A stretch of 57,675 nt of DNA, the filler included, from Asterionella formosa (lineage: Eukaryota): the NCBI GenBank assembly GCA_002256025.1. It is 6 parts of 6 records of this genome, joined end to end, with 100 filler letters (N's around TTAATTAATTAA, not from the genome) between each part and the next. Parts side by side here need not be neighbours in the genome. Positions count along the whole stretch, not along the records: positions 9,649 to 19,175 come from NKIB01010554.1; positions 19,276 to 28,802 come from NKIB01010562.1; 4 more parts are not named here. One strand, given 5' to 3'. Under the pieces are notes generated by a model. That model did no database searches. It had not been told where the DNA came from and saw only the letters and a list, made by a program, of their open reading frames with translations. Shown piece after piece: positions 11,043-23,239 of the stretch. Position 1 is the stretch's first letter; every line of letters begins with the position of its first letter. Both the position numbers and the translations under genes were made by a program.

Positions 11043-14036
11043 TCACGCTCTGTTTCGAACCCGTGGAAATGTTACTTGACTTGGAATGCCTGGCCTGAGT
11101 ATCGGTGTCGAATATGTATGTAGAACCTTTCTCTTCTTGTGATTCGATTCACTAAGAGCAGATCGACCAGTGGAAGTATTGAGTTTCGAAGTGGTCACAG
11201 AAGCCTTTTGGATTTCTTTCTTGGCAAAATCCGATACTCTCCTGCGCTTGCTCACTTCTGTCTTGAGTTTGCTTGGTTCCTTCATTGAAAAACTCCAGAC
11301 AGGCGCCCGGATCTGGCTAGCCACCGTGATGAGTGAAGAAGAAGGAGCAATATCCGGAACTATCACTGGAGCCTTTTTTCCGAAAATTGCAACGTTTTGA
11401 CCATGTGCCTCCCTGAGCGAAAAGCATGAGATTGGAGATTCATGTGTTGCATCCAATTTACAGATTCTCCGTTTGCCCAATATTGAGTTTTGTTGCGACA
11501 AGGTGGACAGTGTATTTGTCGGCTGCGTGATCGCTCTACATTCCATGACAAGTACCTGTGCCAGTGTCTTTGCGCTACCGAAAGTCATTTTGCGCTTGAC
11601 TCTCCTTCGGGTTTGTTCGGGTTGTAGAATATTGGTCCCTGACAGATTTTCATTCCCAATGTAGTCCCATTTGCCCCTGTCGGTAATTGATGTCATCTCG
11701 TCACCTGATATAGGCTGACAATTACGGGTTTCCTTTGTTCCCATCGAATGTCGAGTTCGCGACGTGTGACAATCGGAATCACTCGGTAAAGTGGAACAGT
11801 ATGACGTTGCAGCCGAGCTCGTCTTGAATTGTTTAATATGCTGGCTCGCAATCTTTGATATTAAACGTCTTGGATTGAGACCATCAAATGCAAATCCGTT
11901 TCTAGATATTTGCTCAACTTCATTCTTTGGTCTCTTGCCCTTCGCAATTAAAGGATCGAGAGCGCATTTGCCTAAAGATATTTGCACAAGCTCATTGTTA
12001 TGTTTTGTCTCCCTTTCTTCTTTCCTTTGATCCATCAGTTTTGAGCACTTGCGTCCATCCTTCACTGCCGAGCCTTTTGAATTCCGATTAGTCATCGAGC
12101 TCATATTTGGGACACGAGCCAATTCAAGCGTATTTGACCTCAAATGTAAAGAATTTAGAGGTCCTGATAACTGGGAACCAACAGTATTGGTTGGTTCAGG
12201 TGCAGAATACTCGAGCAATACAGAAGCTGATGAGCCTGAATAAGAAGTCGAAAGCCGTGTTGATCGTTCAAGATATAATTCAACATATTCACCAACTAAG
12301 TCTTCGCAGTCAAATACTTTGCAAGATAGCTTCTGTTTCTTTGATTTGTTCCAGCTAGCGAATTCAACGCTTTTACTCGCTAGGGCTTCGAAGTCGTAGA
12401 CCTTGCATGATGCCATTTCCCCACCTGCTTTAGTCCAATTGGAAGCAACTGGTGTTATTGCAGTTGTCACTTCGACATCCTTAAGAAAATCTCCCACATC
12501 ATCTTCTTCAATCAGTCCCTTAGGAAGGCTCACGGTGTCGCGAAGGTTGGATTGTGTCGTTAAATGTAATTCTGTCTGCTTGCTTTCGCAATTAAACTCT
12601 AAACCGTTCTCTAGAGAAGCACTTCGAAAGGATTTTTCGGTCGTCAATGTTATTGAGTCAATAAATATACTTTGATCACCTCGATTCACTTTGGAAGTAT
12701 TGTCCCCATGTGTGCCGACAAAACCCGAAAACGGAATCGACACAGGACGGGAAACCTTGGGTTCAACCTGACCTCGAATGGGAATATAGTGTCTCAACGA
12801 AGGCGAAGAAATAGACACCTTTTCCGTCAACGAAAGTGGTTGCAAATTCTGCTGTAAGGAATTGATATGGAACGGATCAATGTGTCGAATCAATTTTGGT
12901 GGTCTCACAATAGTGCTGGGACACGAGCTGCCTTCAGAACACGACCGCTGTGCTCTTGGAAGTACTAGATGCTCATACTCACAGTCGCTTTCATAAATCT
13001 CAAAATTTTCTGTTTGATTAAGACTTACTTCATTGATATGACCATCGTGGATACTATCGGGACATTGACTACTGACATCCAAAATAGAGCTGTCAGAAGC
13101 GTGCTGAGCCCCTTGGTGAGTTGATACTTGTCTGTTTTTGAGTGTCATATCGAATTCGACCCGAGATATGGTTTTGATGCATCCAATATAAAACACTATG
13201 ACGGATGCCGAAGCCAGAAGGCCATAGACCATAAAACAAATTGAAAAGGCACTTTTCGATGCACTGTTTTGATTCATGAGCTGAAATGAAGTGCTTCCAT
13301 GGAGGTCAACCTGTATAATAGTTTGGGGTTTTCTATTGTTGAACGATCGCAAGCGATTCCCTGAAACATTCGATAGTATTCTTGCCAATACAATTGATCT
13401 ATTTGTGCCTGCAGAAGATTCTACAAGGGACACAACGAATGTCCGCATGTAGTCTTGACATTCAAAAGGTATAGGGACAAAAAATGACAGAATAGTTATT
13501 CCATGCAAAGTTTCGTTGATATTGCTCCATTGAGGCATGGCCGTTCGATTTAGCTTCACAAGGGATCCTGAACATGATTCGATCGGACTTGGAAGCTCAT
13601 CTATAGTAACCTTCCATTTCTGGTCAGTGAATATACCGTCGGTGAAAACAATGGAATGCCCGGTCTTTGTAGGTTGTATAATATCAATGGAAACATGAAC
13701 TTGAAGGATGATGTGCTGGTTGACAAATGTGCTTTTCTTGAGCACGAAATCACGTCTAGTAGGAATACCTTCCTCGTTACTGGTGTAAGAAGGACGATTT
13801 GCAGTCTGATTAGGCGCCAAACAATCTGTTTCGTTCAAATCAGAATTTTCCGCGAGCTTTTGCAATGATTGATTAGCGCTCTCGGATTGACCGGTAGTTG
13901 ACAGACTGGAAGCGATCGTTGTGAAAGGATTGCGTTCGTCGGCATTGCATGTGTAGATCATGACAAATAGAAACAGAACTGAATTCCAAAGTTTTGTCGC
14001 GGCTGATCCGAGCCCTTTCTTCCGTTGTTCCGCCAT
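11043..14036 (-). CDS. 997-aa hypothetical protein: N-terminal hydrophobic segment, one TM helix, long Ser/Lys-rich tail
   Basis: Uninterrupted 3-kb ORF. TM-like FSICFMVYGLLASASVIVFYIGCI. No recognised domain. Confidence 0.7.
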   Translation of the reverse strand: MAEQRKKGLGSAATKLWNSVLFLFVMIYTCNADERNPFTTIASSLSTTGQSESANQSLQKLAENSDLNETDCLAPNQTANRPSYTSNEEGIPTRRDFVLKKSTFVNQHIILQVHVSIDIIQPTKTGHSIVFTDGIFTDQKWKVTIDELPSPIESCSGSLVKLNRTAMPQWSNINETLHGITILSFFVPIPFECQDYMRTFVVSLVESSAGTNRSIVLARILSNVSGNRLRSFNNRKPQTIIQVDLHGSTSFQLMNQNSASKSAFSICFMVYGLLASASVIVFYIGCIKTISRVEFDMTLKNRQVSTHQGAQHASDSSILDVSSQCPDSIHDGHINEVSLNQTENFEIYESDCEYEHLVLPRAQRSCSEGSSCPSTIVRPPKLIRHIDPFHINSLQQNLQPLSLTEKVSISSPSLRHYIPIRGQVEPKVSRPVSIPFSGFVGTHGDNTSKVNRGDQSIFIDSITLTTEKSFRSASLENGLEFNCESKQTELHLTTQSNLRDTVSLPKGLIEEDDVGDFLKDVEVTTAITPVASNWTKAGGEMASCKVYDFEALASKSVEFASWNKSKKQKLSCKVFDCEDLVGEYVELYLERSTRLSTSYSGSSASVLLEYSAPEPTNTVGSQLSGPLNSLHLRSNTLELARVPNMSSMTNRNSKGSAVKDGRKCSKLMDQRKEERETKHNNELVQISLGKCALDPLIAKGKRPKNEVEQISRNGFAFDGLNPRRLISKIASQHIKQFKTSSAATSYCSTLPSDSDCHTSRTRHSMGTKETRNCQPISGDEMTSITDRGKWDYIGNENLSGTNILQPEQTRRRVKRKMTFGSAKTLAQVLVMECRAITQPTNTLSTLSQQNSILGKRRICKLDATHESPISCFSLREAHGQNVAIFGKKAPVIVPDIAPSSSLITVASQIRAPVWSFSMKEPSKLKTEVSKRRRVSDFAKKEIQKASVTTSKLNTSTGRSALSESNHKKRKVLHTYSTPILRPGIPSQVTFPRVRNRA

Positions 14037-14662
14037 GTCCTTCTTTTCGTCCTACCGCGGGAACAACAGGATCCCTAAATTCCTCCGCCCTTAAAATGTG
14101 TTGAGAGATGTTTCAATCAGTGCAAGCCTGTGATAACTGGAAGTCAAGGTCCAGAACAAGATTGACTGTTTTGCCTGATTAGCTCTGAGTGTGAGGAGGG
14201 TCAATATTATACACACGCACTGTGCATGTACATAATACACATGACGAAATAATTGCTTGAGAAGCGATGTGAGGACGGTCGGCATCAAGTTTTGGCTTTC
14301 ATCCAATCTGCTCGGGGTCGCAAGAATACCAGTACCAGTTCCGGTACGCTACCGGGTACGTAAACAATGAATATGAGGGAGTATTACCTCGTCTTTCGAC
14401 TAATCGGTGCAGCAGGACCACATGACAGTAAATCAAAGAAAGTCTGTTTCAGTGCGCTTGTTCTTAGGGAGAAAGTCGACAACACCAGCAATCGTAAATC
14501 AATCCCTGAACATGCACCAAAGGATATGGTACCAGCACCAGGTAATTAGAAGTTGTTGATGGGGGAGGAAGAGGCGAAATAAAAGGCTGAAAGTAATAAT
14601 TGCAATGTATAAAAACTTTAGAGAGCCTCTTTATCGCATGTGAAGATATCTGATCTTCAGAA

Positions 14663-14734
14663 TGCTGTTTGGCGCAGGGGAAGCGTGTTGGGCTCATAAC
14701 CCAAAGGTCCGAGGATCGAAACCTCGAACAGCAA
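14663..14734 (+). tRNA. tRNA-iMet: initiator tRNA-Met (CAT)
   Basis: Acceptor stem TGCTGTT/AACAGCA. Anticodon stem TTGGG-CTCATAA-CCCAA with three G-C pairs. T-loop ATCGAAA (A54, A60). T-run terminator downstream. Confidence 0.95.
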
Positions 14735-15199
14735 TATTTTTATTTCCTCGTTTCCATAACATTACCAATGCACTACCGACCCTGACCGTTTCGTCACACT
14801 TTTCGGGCTAAGAACGTGTGCTGTCCATTTCCTTCTAAACGCCAATTTTACGTGCGGAATCGATAGCTGGCTCACCCTTCGTAGTCTCTAAAACTTACTT
14901 CCATTTTAAAAATATGGTATAATTACAAAGTTATGTTCGTTTCCCCAAATAACGTCCTTTTTCGGGTATTCCAGAATTCTTACCAATTCGCGAAGTTCCC
15001 CGCGCTACTGGCGCACTGCAGTAGAAAAAAAAAGCATGGTACATGTACTTGCTAAAGATTTAGCATTCTTGTAGAGTCATGTCCAAATATGTACTCTATT
15101 GTATTTGAACTCCTCTCGACTCTAGCTTAGTACCTAGGTAGTTTCAACTGTTGTTAGTATGGGGGTTAAAGTAGACTAGCTCGTTCCTCTCTACAGATA

Positions 15200-15940
15200 C
15201 CAACAGATGCTTTAGTAGCATTTATCAATCCCTCTTTGTCCAATTTCATGACATTGATTAGTGAAGGTCCACATAACAATCGTATCCTCATTATGTATGG
15301 CTGCATCAGCAATCAATGGAGTTATATCAGGCACAAGTGCAAGCTTCTTCTGCTCCAATGATGCTACCAGCCACTGCCACCTTCTTTCGCTCCTTATTCT
15401 GCATCTCAAATTTTCTTTGCAAGTGACCTTGTTTCCTATCATGCCCTGTCATTTTCTCCATGAATCTCACCAACAATAGACCTTCATTCACCTTTTTAAT
15501 TCTTTCCATTTGGTTTGCTGAATTCAATATCCTAGAGTAGCTCTCCATGTTTCCCTCCACCATGATGATTCTACTCCGCCTGGCAATCTTCTTTTTTGCT
15601 CGAACACCAAGCAACAATTGCATCAGATATTACAGAAACATGTAATACATCTTTGATTGTAGGTTGTAGCAGTGAAAGTTGGTCCCCACTTATAGACGTA
15701 TCAAGGAATGCTGATGCCTCCAGATTACTATCTAGCTTATTCCAGAATTGCCGACTGACAAAATTTGTCATGTGATCGAACCAGACTTTCAGCAGTACAT
15801 TGCAGTTTCGGTCTTGAGTGTATTTTTTCACCATCTTTTCGGGTTTCCAAGAATCCCATTCAAATGATTCACTGCTTTCTTGTGAGATAAATCCGACTGA
15901 TTCTGTGGAGGTCGTCTGCGCCGTAAAGGAATCGATCTAA
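15200..15940 (-). pseudogene. frameshifted ORF remnant, probably transposon-derived
   Basis: Overlapping ORF pieces 15571-15834, 15327-15623 and 15212-15442 in different frames, in a TE-rich context. Family not identified. Confidence 0.35.
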
Positions 15941-15981
15941 TAGAGCAAGTAAACAAGAAGCAAGAAAATGAGCACAGAGCA

Positions 15982-16142
15982 AAAACTCTGGGCGTCACCT
16001 ATTACTGGCATTGTTGCTTACCCTCTTATGTCACCAGACCCTTTCAGCTTTGCCTATTCTTGAAAACTCTGGGCGTCACCTATTACTGGCATTGTTGCTC
16101 ACCCTCTTATGTCACCAGTCCCTTTCAGCTTTGCCTATTCTT
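15982..16142. repeat. 81-bp tandem duplication
   Basis: AAAACTCTGGGCGTCACC...GCCTATTCTT at 15982 and 16063, with 2 mismatches. Confidence 0.9.
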
Positions 16143-17401
16143 ACCTTGTCTTTGGCCTCCCAGACATAGTTGGATTGTTGGATTTGAATGTAAGTAAGCG
16201 AGAAGAGGAAGTGACGCGAATTCATAAAGATGATTTACATTCATCCACCAGTGCGCCAAAAACTGAGTTGGCGATGTCCATAAAATCGTCGTACCTTTAT
16301 TGCGTATCTTTTTATGACGGATTCGGGTAGCGCGCCCAGCAGCATTCGAGACATCATTTATAATCATGAAAAATTCATACACATGTGATAGAAGTGGACT
16401 AAAATAGTTTCGACAACTTTCATANNNNNNNNNNNNNNNNNNNNNNNNNNNNNNNNNNNNNNNNNNNNNNNNNNNNNNNNNNNNNNNNNNNNNNNNNNNN
16501 NNNNNNNNNNNNNNNNNNNNNNNNNNNNNNNNNNNNNNNNNNNNNNNNNNNNNNNNNNNNNNNNNNNNNNNNNNNNNNNNNNNNNNNNNNNNNNNNNNNN
16601 NNNNNNNNNNNNNNNNNNNNNNNNNNNNNNNNNNNNNNNNNNNNNNNNNNNNNNNNNNNNNNNNNNNNNNNNNNNNNNNNNNNNNNNNNNNNNNNNNNNN
16701 NNNNNNNNNNNNNNNNNNNNNNNNNNNNNNNNNNNNNNNNNNNNNNNNNNNNNNNNNNNNNNNNNNNNNNNNNNNNNNNNNNNNNNNNNNNNNNNNNNNN
16801 NNNNNNNNNNNNNNNNNNNNNNNNNNNNNNNNNNNNNNNNNNNNNNNNNNNNNNNNNNNNNNNNNNNNNNNNNNNNNNNNNNNNNNNNNNNNNNNNNNNN
16901 NNNNNNNNNNNNNNNNNNNNNNNNNNNNNNNNNNNNNNNNNNNNNNNNNNNNNNNNNNNNNNNNNNNNNNNNNNNNNNNNNNNNNNNNNNNNNNNNNNNN
17001 NNNNNNNNNNNNNNNNNNNNNNNNNNNNNNNNNNNNNNNNNNNNNNNNNNNNNNNNNNNNNNNNNNNNNNNNNNNNNNNNNNNNNNNNNNNNNNNNNNNN
17101 NNNNNNNNNNNNNNNNNNNNNNNNNNNNNNNNNNNNNNNNNNNNNNNNNNNNNNNNNNNNNNNNNNNNNNNNNNNNNNNNNNNNNNNNNNNNNNNNNNNN
17201 NNNNNNNNNNNNNNNNNNNNNNNNNNNNNNNNNNNNNNNNNNNNNNNNNNNNNNNNNNNNNNNNNNNNNNNNNNNNNNNNNNNNNNNNNNNNNNNNNNNN
17301 NNNNNNNNNNNNNNNNNNNNNNNNNNNNNNNNNNNNNNNNNNNNNNNNNNNNNNNNNNNNNNNNNNNNNNNNNNNNNNNNNNNNNNNNNNNNNNNNNNNN
17401 N

Positions 17402-18258
17402 TGCTACTGTGAATCATCGCCAGAGGATCCTGTCTACTAGTACCACAGGGCATCCTTGTCGATGGAATGATAAAACATTAATCAACTTTGATACTTTTGC
17501 TCGAGGCATCCAGAATGGTGGAGATGCCTTAAAAGATGTGGAGTTTGAGCTTAAAGAAAAAGATCGGAATGGAGCAGTTGTTGTATCCATAAAGTATAGT
17601 AAATGCTTTTTGATAGTTGACAATGGATATCTAAAATGGTCTACAACAGTGCCTCCAACCAAAAACCCAGAAACTGAACAAGAACTTAGATGGTCTGAAT
17701 GGCTAGAGTCACTTAGAAAAGATGTGGAATGTACCTTTGGAATACTCAAGGGATGCTGGCGGATTTTAAAATCAGGCATCCGAATACATGGAGTAACAGA
17801 ACCTGACAAGCAAGGTCAGGTCTGGCTAACATGTTGCGCATTTCATGACATATTTCTTGATATTGGCTGATGGCTTAGACCTGCAATGGCAAAATGGTGT
17901 TTTAAGTGACTGGGAAGGACCATTAGGCCAATTAAATTTAGCTGAAGCACCTTTTGCTATTCAAAGGATAAATGCAGTTGCAAGACCACCAGCGGTACTT
18001 GGATTAGCCAGCTTGCAAACAATTGATACCTCTGGAATGGGTCCTGGTAATGATGGTGATGGAGAAATTCCTGATGCAATTCACAATTTAGTGCCGGATC
18101 CAAATGACAATTTCAATATTGAAGTGCTAACAAAGAATGTTGATACAGTTCGAGTGGTCCGGCATTTAAGTTTACATTTCTTCAAGAGTAAACTCATTGA
18201 ACATTTTGATATTTATGGAAACAAAACAAGATTGTTTGTCCATCACTTCGTAATGTAA
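17402..18258 (+). mobile_element. PIF/Harbinger (DDE_Tnp_4/Plant_tran) transposase, C-terminal part, frameshifted, 5' end lost in an N gap
   Basis: RWNDKT, LIVDNGYLKW and ESLRKDVECTFGILKGCWRIL motifs. Confidence 0.85.
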
Positions 18259-18379
18259 ATGATCATCCCTAAACCATAAAATTATCTATTTAGAAACTAA
18301 AAGAAAAGTAGTATGAGCATAAACTAAATTAGATTAATGGGCACCAACATCTGTGAATAAAATTTCCACATTCCCATCA

Positions 18380-18930
18380 TCCCCTTGTTTCAATACCCGG
18401 TCGGAACATGATGTGGCTACTGTGAAACCATGCTGTTACTACGTTAGTACTGTGAAAGTGTAGGTTTGCCCTACCAGCATTCCCTTCTTCGCCTTGCTTG
18501 TTTCAATACCTGGTCGGAACATGACGTGGCTACTGTGAAACCATATCTATTACTACGTTAGTACTGTGAAAGTGTAGGTTTGCCCTACCAGCATTCCTTT
18601 CTTCCCCTTGTTTCAATACCCGCCGCTTGGAACATGACGTGGCTATTGTGAAACTATATCTATTACTACGCTGGTACTGTGAAACTGTAGGTTAGCCCTA
18701 CCAGCATTCCCTTCTTCCCCTTGTTTCAAATACCTGCCGGTCGGAACATGACGTGGCTACTGTGAAACTATACCTATTACTACGTTAGTACTGTGAAACT
18801 GTAGGTTTGCCCTACCAGCATTCCTGTTTTCCCCTTGTTTCAATACCCGGATGGAACATGATGCAGGTACTAAGAAACTATACCTATTACTACGCTGGTA
18901 CTATGAAGCTGTAGCTTTGCGCTACCAATC
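18380..18930. repeat. tandem array, 5 copies of a ~110-114-bp unit
   Basis: GTTTCAA(A)TAC recurs at 18387, 18500, 18610, 18723 and 18837. The whole unit is conserved, with two TACTGTGAAA-type boxes per unit. Confidence 0.92.
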
Positions 18931-19280
18931 TAATGTCTATTACTGAGTATGTCAGTGCTGCATCGCTTCCGATCCAGCACTTCTTGCCCACTGTCTAATC
19001 CTATAGTAGACAGACCATTATCCCTTTCTGCTTCCTTCTGTCACAGACACGTTTCTCTTGACATTCGCACGCTAGTATCGATAGTGCAATATATCACTTG
19101 TTATCTGGGCGGAATGGCAAATGTTCCGAGTGCTACAAGGAATGGAACGGTATTGGTTGTGAAGGGGATACCAATNNNNNNNNNNNNNNNNNNNNNNNNN
19201 NNNNNNNNNNNNNNNNNNNTTAATTAATTAANNNNNNNNNNNNNNNNNNNNNNNNNNNNNNNNNNNNNNNNNNNNTATCA

Positions 19281-20033
19281 TCACAGGTCTTGTTCCTTCT
19301 TGTTGATCTGATACACAGCTCGTGCTAAAAAGTCAGTAGCATCTTCTTGAAGTGTCCCAAAGTCAGTCCAATCTGACATTCGACATGATTTTGAAACTGA
19401 ATGATGAAATAGACGAGCCCAGCAAGTAACAGAATCTGACTTGTCAATGGCTTGATTGTGCAAGGATGCAAGGATCAAAAAATGTGAGAGAATGGTTACA
19501 GGATTGTTGTTGTTGTTGTTGCTGGAGGCCGTTGTCGTTGTCGTAGTACTACTAGTAGTAGCACGATGAATAACTTGTTTTGCCAATTCATGCACTTGCT
19601 GAAAATGCCGATATTGATCCGAATGTTTTTGAAGTGATGAAATGGCTAAATGAAACATACTGATTGCCATTACCAATGTTTCTATACAAGACATTTTGCC
19701 AGGCAGGAAGTCAATCTCATCAGAAAGTAACAATTCCATTGGAATAGCAAGGACCTTGTTGTAGTAGTCACCATTCGTCTTGTTTGTTGCAACAACAATA
19801 CGGCGTGAGTGAAGTCGAGGTGTTGTCTTGTACTTTTGCAACAAATCATGTCCCTTGCGTTCTAATTGTTCACGTGCTACTACTGAAGCTTCGCTTTGAT
19901 TATTCGCATCATGACGATGAAATGAGGCAAGCTTGACTGCCGTCTTGAACATTTGTCGAGACTCGGTATTGTGGCCATTGTCGTACAGGATTCCTCCAAT
20001 ATTGTTTAGGACGACACACAGATGAAGTGACAT
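19281..20033 (-). CDS. hypothetical protein (TPR-like N-terminus)
   Basis: 250-aa ORF with LNNIGGILYDNGH..ESRQMFKTA and poly-T/N tracts. Confidence 0.6.
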   Translation of the reverse strand: MSLHLCVVLNNIGGILYDNGHNTESRQMFKTAVKLASFHRHDANNQSEASVVAREQLERKGHDLLQKYKTTPRLHSRRIVVATNKTNGDYYNKVLAIPMELLLSDEIDFLPGKMSCIETLVMAISMFHLAISSLQKHSDQYRHFQQVHELAKQVIHRATTSSTTTTTTASSNNNNNNPVTILSHFLILASLHNQAIDKSDSVTCWARLFHHSVSKSCRMSDWTDFGTLQEDATDFLARAVYQINKKEQDL

Positions 20034-20959
20034 GGTGTGTTTGTTGGTTGGATTGGATTGGATTGGTTCCTATAGTTAGTGATATTTAGTTGTAAAGGTA
20101 ACGTTGCTGTTAGTTTTGGAAATTATTTGTTTTATGCCGATAAACCACGAAAATTTCTGTTCCCTTTTCCGACTATGTACCAATACATCTGCCACAGAAC
20201 GTGGTGCCTATTTATTAGATATAAATCGTGATAAGAGCAGTTGTAAGAACCGTGCGATCGTCTGACGTCGCGTTTCTTTTTTGGTTTTTGTACATCGATG
20301 CATGAACTGGAGTACCGGTAGTAACCAGGTACCAGGTGTGAAGTCATTTCAACCAATAAAACGTATGCCATCGTGTGTTAAGTACTCTGAGTCCCAGTTA
20401 CCAGGTACAAGGTACCATACCGTTGTGTACTGGATACCAGGATCACGACTACTTGGTACCAGGTACCTGGTACCAGCAAGTTGCGGTCATTTTGCCGAAA
20501 CTGAAACGTGGCACCGGCAGGCACTCAAATTCGATTCCTCCGGAATAATTACTTAGACATTTAGGAATTTCAAACGGTTTCACGCTGGCCAATTAATTTC
20601 AATTATATCAAAATCTAATTTTAAAGAATAATTTTCTGAAAAAAACAGGAGTTTCCCAACTTTGCTACGATTGGGGTTTTTTCCGAATCATAATTCTGAG
20701 TGTCGAGATTCCTTATTCCAGAAAGCTCCTTGTTTACATCCATTTCATACTCCTATGATACGGGTACCAGGTACCATGGCACCAGGGAACCTGGTAATAT
20801 GAATTTAGAGAAGTGAACAGCTGTGGTATATTACCAGCACATCATATGGTGAACACACGGGTACGCACCATGCATGATGTTCTCTATACTGTTCATACAT
20901 ACATATTTATATGATTGCTCATGTAACGAACTTGAGAAATTCCCCATCACTTTGCAAAC

Positions 20960-21860
20960 CTAATCCGGCCACACTTGATGCACATGCACAATTTTTGGGG
21001 TGTTTGCTGGTACTCCATTTGCTAACATTCGCATACAAGTACTTCTACAATACACCTTGCCTTGAAAGAATGGACAGAGTGGGCAGCTATTTTTCAGATG
21101 ATCATTCCGGCCACAATGTAGTAGTATGCATTGCGCATTTGCATTCCAGATTGTAGTGGTTGTGGCCTCCGGTTCTTCTGTTAGCAGCACACCGGTTCCA
21201 TAATTCTTAGCTGGCTTCTTGTTTTGCCTTTCTTGCTGCACAGTTTCAAATCGTGCTGCATGTATCTTTTTGTTTGTATTCGTTTCCATTGAATTGCGCT
21301 TTGTAGACGGCATAGTCGTTCCACGCTTTTCCTTTTGTCTCCAGAAGGATTCTTGTAGTTGTGACATTACTATGCCACATCGTTTGTAGACATCTTTCAT
21401 GTACATTGTGGTTGTTCAGAAATCTAAGCCACTCCTCCATACTGTAGGCCAGCACCAGATCCTGCAAACGCTTTGTTTTTTGGACATATCTTGAAACTGC
21501 ATTGATCATTGCTACATTTAATCTGTGTATCAAAGGGATGATATGACAATAATAGGAAGCTTTTCGGCTTCGACTTTTGCTGCAATAATAACCATTAACC
21601 AATCATGTTTTACACATTCTTTTGTCATCTCCTGATATTTTCCAATGCTCACTTTTTTCCTGCTTTTACATGACACCATGTCTCAGAACAATAGTCATGG
21701 CAGCAAGACAAGTAGTTGATTGGTGCCTCCCTCCGAGGATTCAATGAATTTGTTGAGAGAGTGGTTACGATTTTTCTTGATCCAGGCTCCATAATAAATC
21801 TTCAGTCGGACACTGTTTATTTTGGCACTTGGCATCATCATGCATGACATTTTTCATGCA
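20960..21860 (-). pseudogene. degraded Mutator-like transposase
   Basis: Across frameshifts reads RLKIYYGAWIKKNR..., CHDYCSETWC and HPFDTQ/LNVAMINAVSRYVQKTK, which resembles the TQxNExxNxxxxxxxPK motif. C-terminal Cys cluster. Confidence 0.5.
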
Positions 21861-22029
21861 TGGTGACGGGTACATGTATACCACCAGCAGGTAGGGAGTA
21901 CATGATACCAGGTTTTCAGAAGGTGTTTGATAACACGCATGACAAGTGCTTTAACACATGGCCTACTAATCCATCCTCGAAAATGAATATACATTTTTAT
22001 ATTCATTTATCAAGAATGAAAGTATATAC

Positions 22030-22681
22030 CCATATACATCATTGTCCAGGACCTCCTAATGTACACTGCCATGAATGAATTTGACTGGTTTTACATCCTA
22101 AGGGGGGCCCAGGACAATGAAGAGATTTCCCTAATACTGGAACTAAGTAAATTTCACCAGTTCTACAGGATAGCGCACATTCTTCTAAGATGTATTAATA
22201 TAACAATTATTTCCGTGATGTGAAAAATGAGAGAAATCTTCACCTTGCAAGAAAAGCGCGACATCATGTTGTTATTGGCAATCTCAATTTTCGTTTTCAT
22301 TATTAGTGTTATTACTTTACTTCTTTTACGATTGTATTTTCCATATCTTTCTTAATACAGGTAGCAAGTAGCAAAGCGTCGTTCTCAATTTTCTTGGAAA
22401 TAATTCCGTATTTTCGTCATGGTCAAGAAGATTGCAACAACATGATGAAGGATTCTCCAGGAGGTGCTTAGTAGCTACTACAGTCACTACCTATTATCAT
22501 CTTCTCTTGTGTTTAGTATGTACAAAAGAATCGCAACATGACAGCTAAATAATTTTATACTTGTGCCTTCGAGGACAAAAAGAATCAAAGCATGTTACAT
22601 TGTCTATGACAAGAAAATTGTTGGGTGTTTGGTTCCACCTCAAGAAAAATGTACAGGGAGGTCCAGGACAATGAAGTATGG
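22030..22681. mobile_element. candidate MITE with ~32-bp imperfect TIRs
   Basis: Left end CCATATACATCATTGTCCAGGACCTCCTAATGTACA versus reverse complement of the right end CCATACTTCATTGTCCTGGACCTCCCTGTACA. TSD unclear. Confidence 0.55.
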
Positions 22682-23239
22682 CCTATGGTAATGCCTTGAC
22701 CCATTGAAATGACTTTTTAGCTGTTTATCATCAGTTCAGTTCTACCTGACAAAGTACTGGTTCCAGGATTCTGTATACCTCCACCGGACAATCGTCCGGT
22801 ATTTGAGAAAATGATCAAACTGTTGTTCATCAAGACGAACACGGTGAAGCTAGTGATTTTCGGTTGAAGTTTAGTGAAGACCACCTTCACGGCGTTATAC
22901 CGGACGATTGCACGGTAAATATCTAGTACTAGCTTGCAGAAGCTCTCTACTGAAGGCTAATTTTTTAAATGGAATCCTGATTGAGCGAAAATGTGCCTTT
23001 TTTGTCAGTACAAGTGTGATACATACGTGGCTTCAACTATAATTTAGAATTGCACCAATCAAAATCACTCTAACGTATGACATATACCATTTCTGTGAGT
23101 GCAAGTATGGTACATAATAATTATTTTAATAACTTCTATATTTTTTGCGTGCACATTCATTATCACATTTATATTGCTCATTTGCACATTCTTGGTTGCA
23201 TCATCTTCCTTTTGTGCTCACCATCATGATGCCATATGT

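Noticed and set aside
16125..17453. 442-aa ORF
   Set aside because: Consists almost entirely of translated Ns.
18380..18930. CRISPR-like array (GTTTCAATAC start, regular period)
   Set aside because: The whole ~113-bp unit is conserved, so there are no unique spacers. No cas genes, and the context is eukaryotic.
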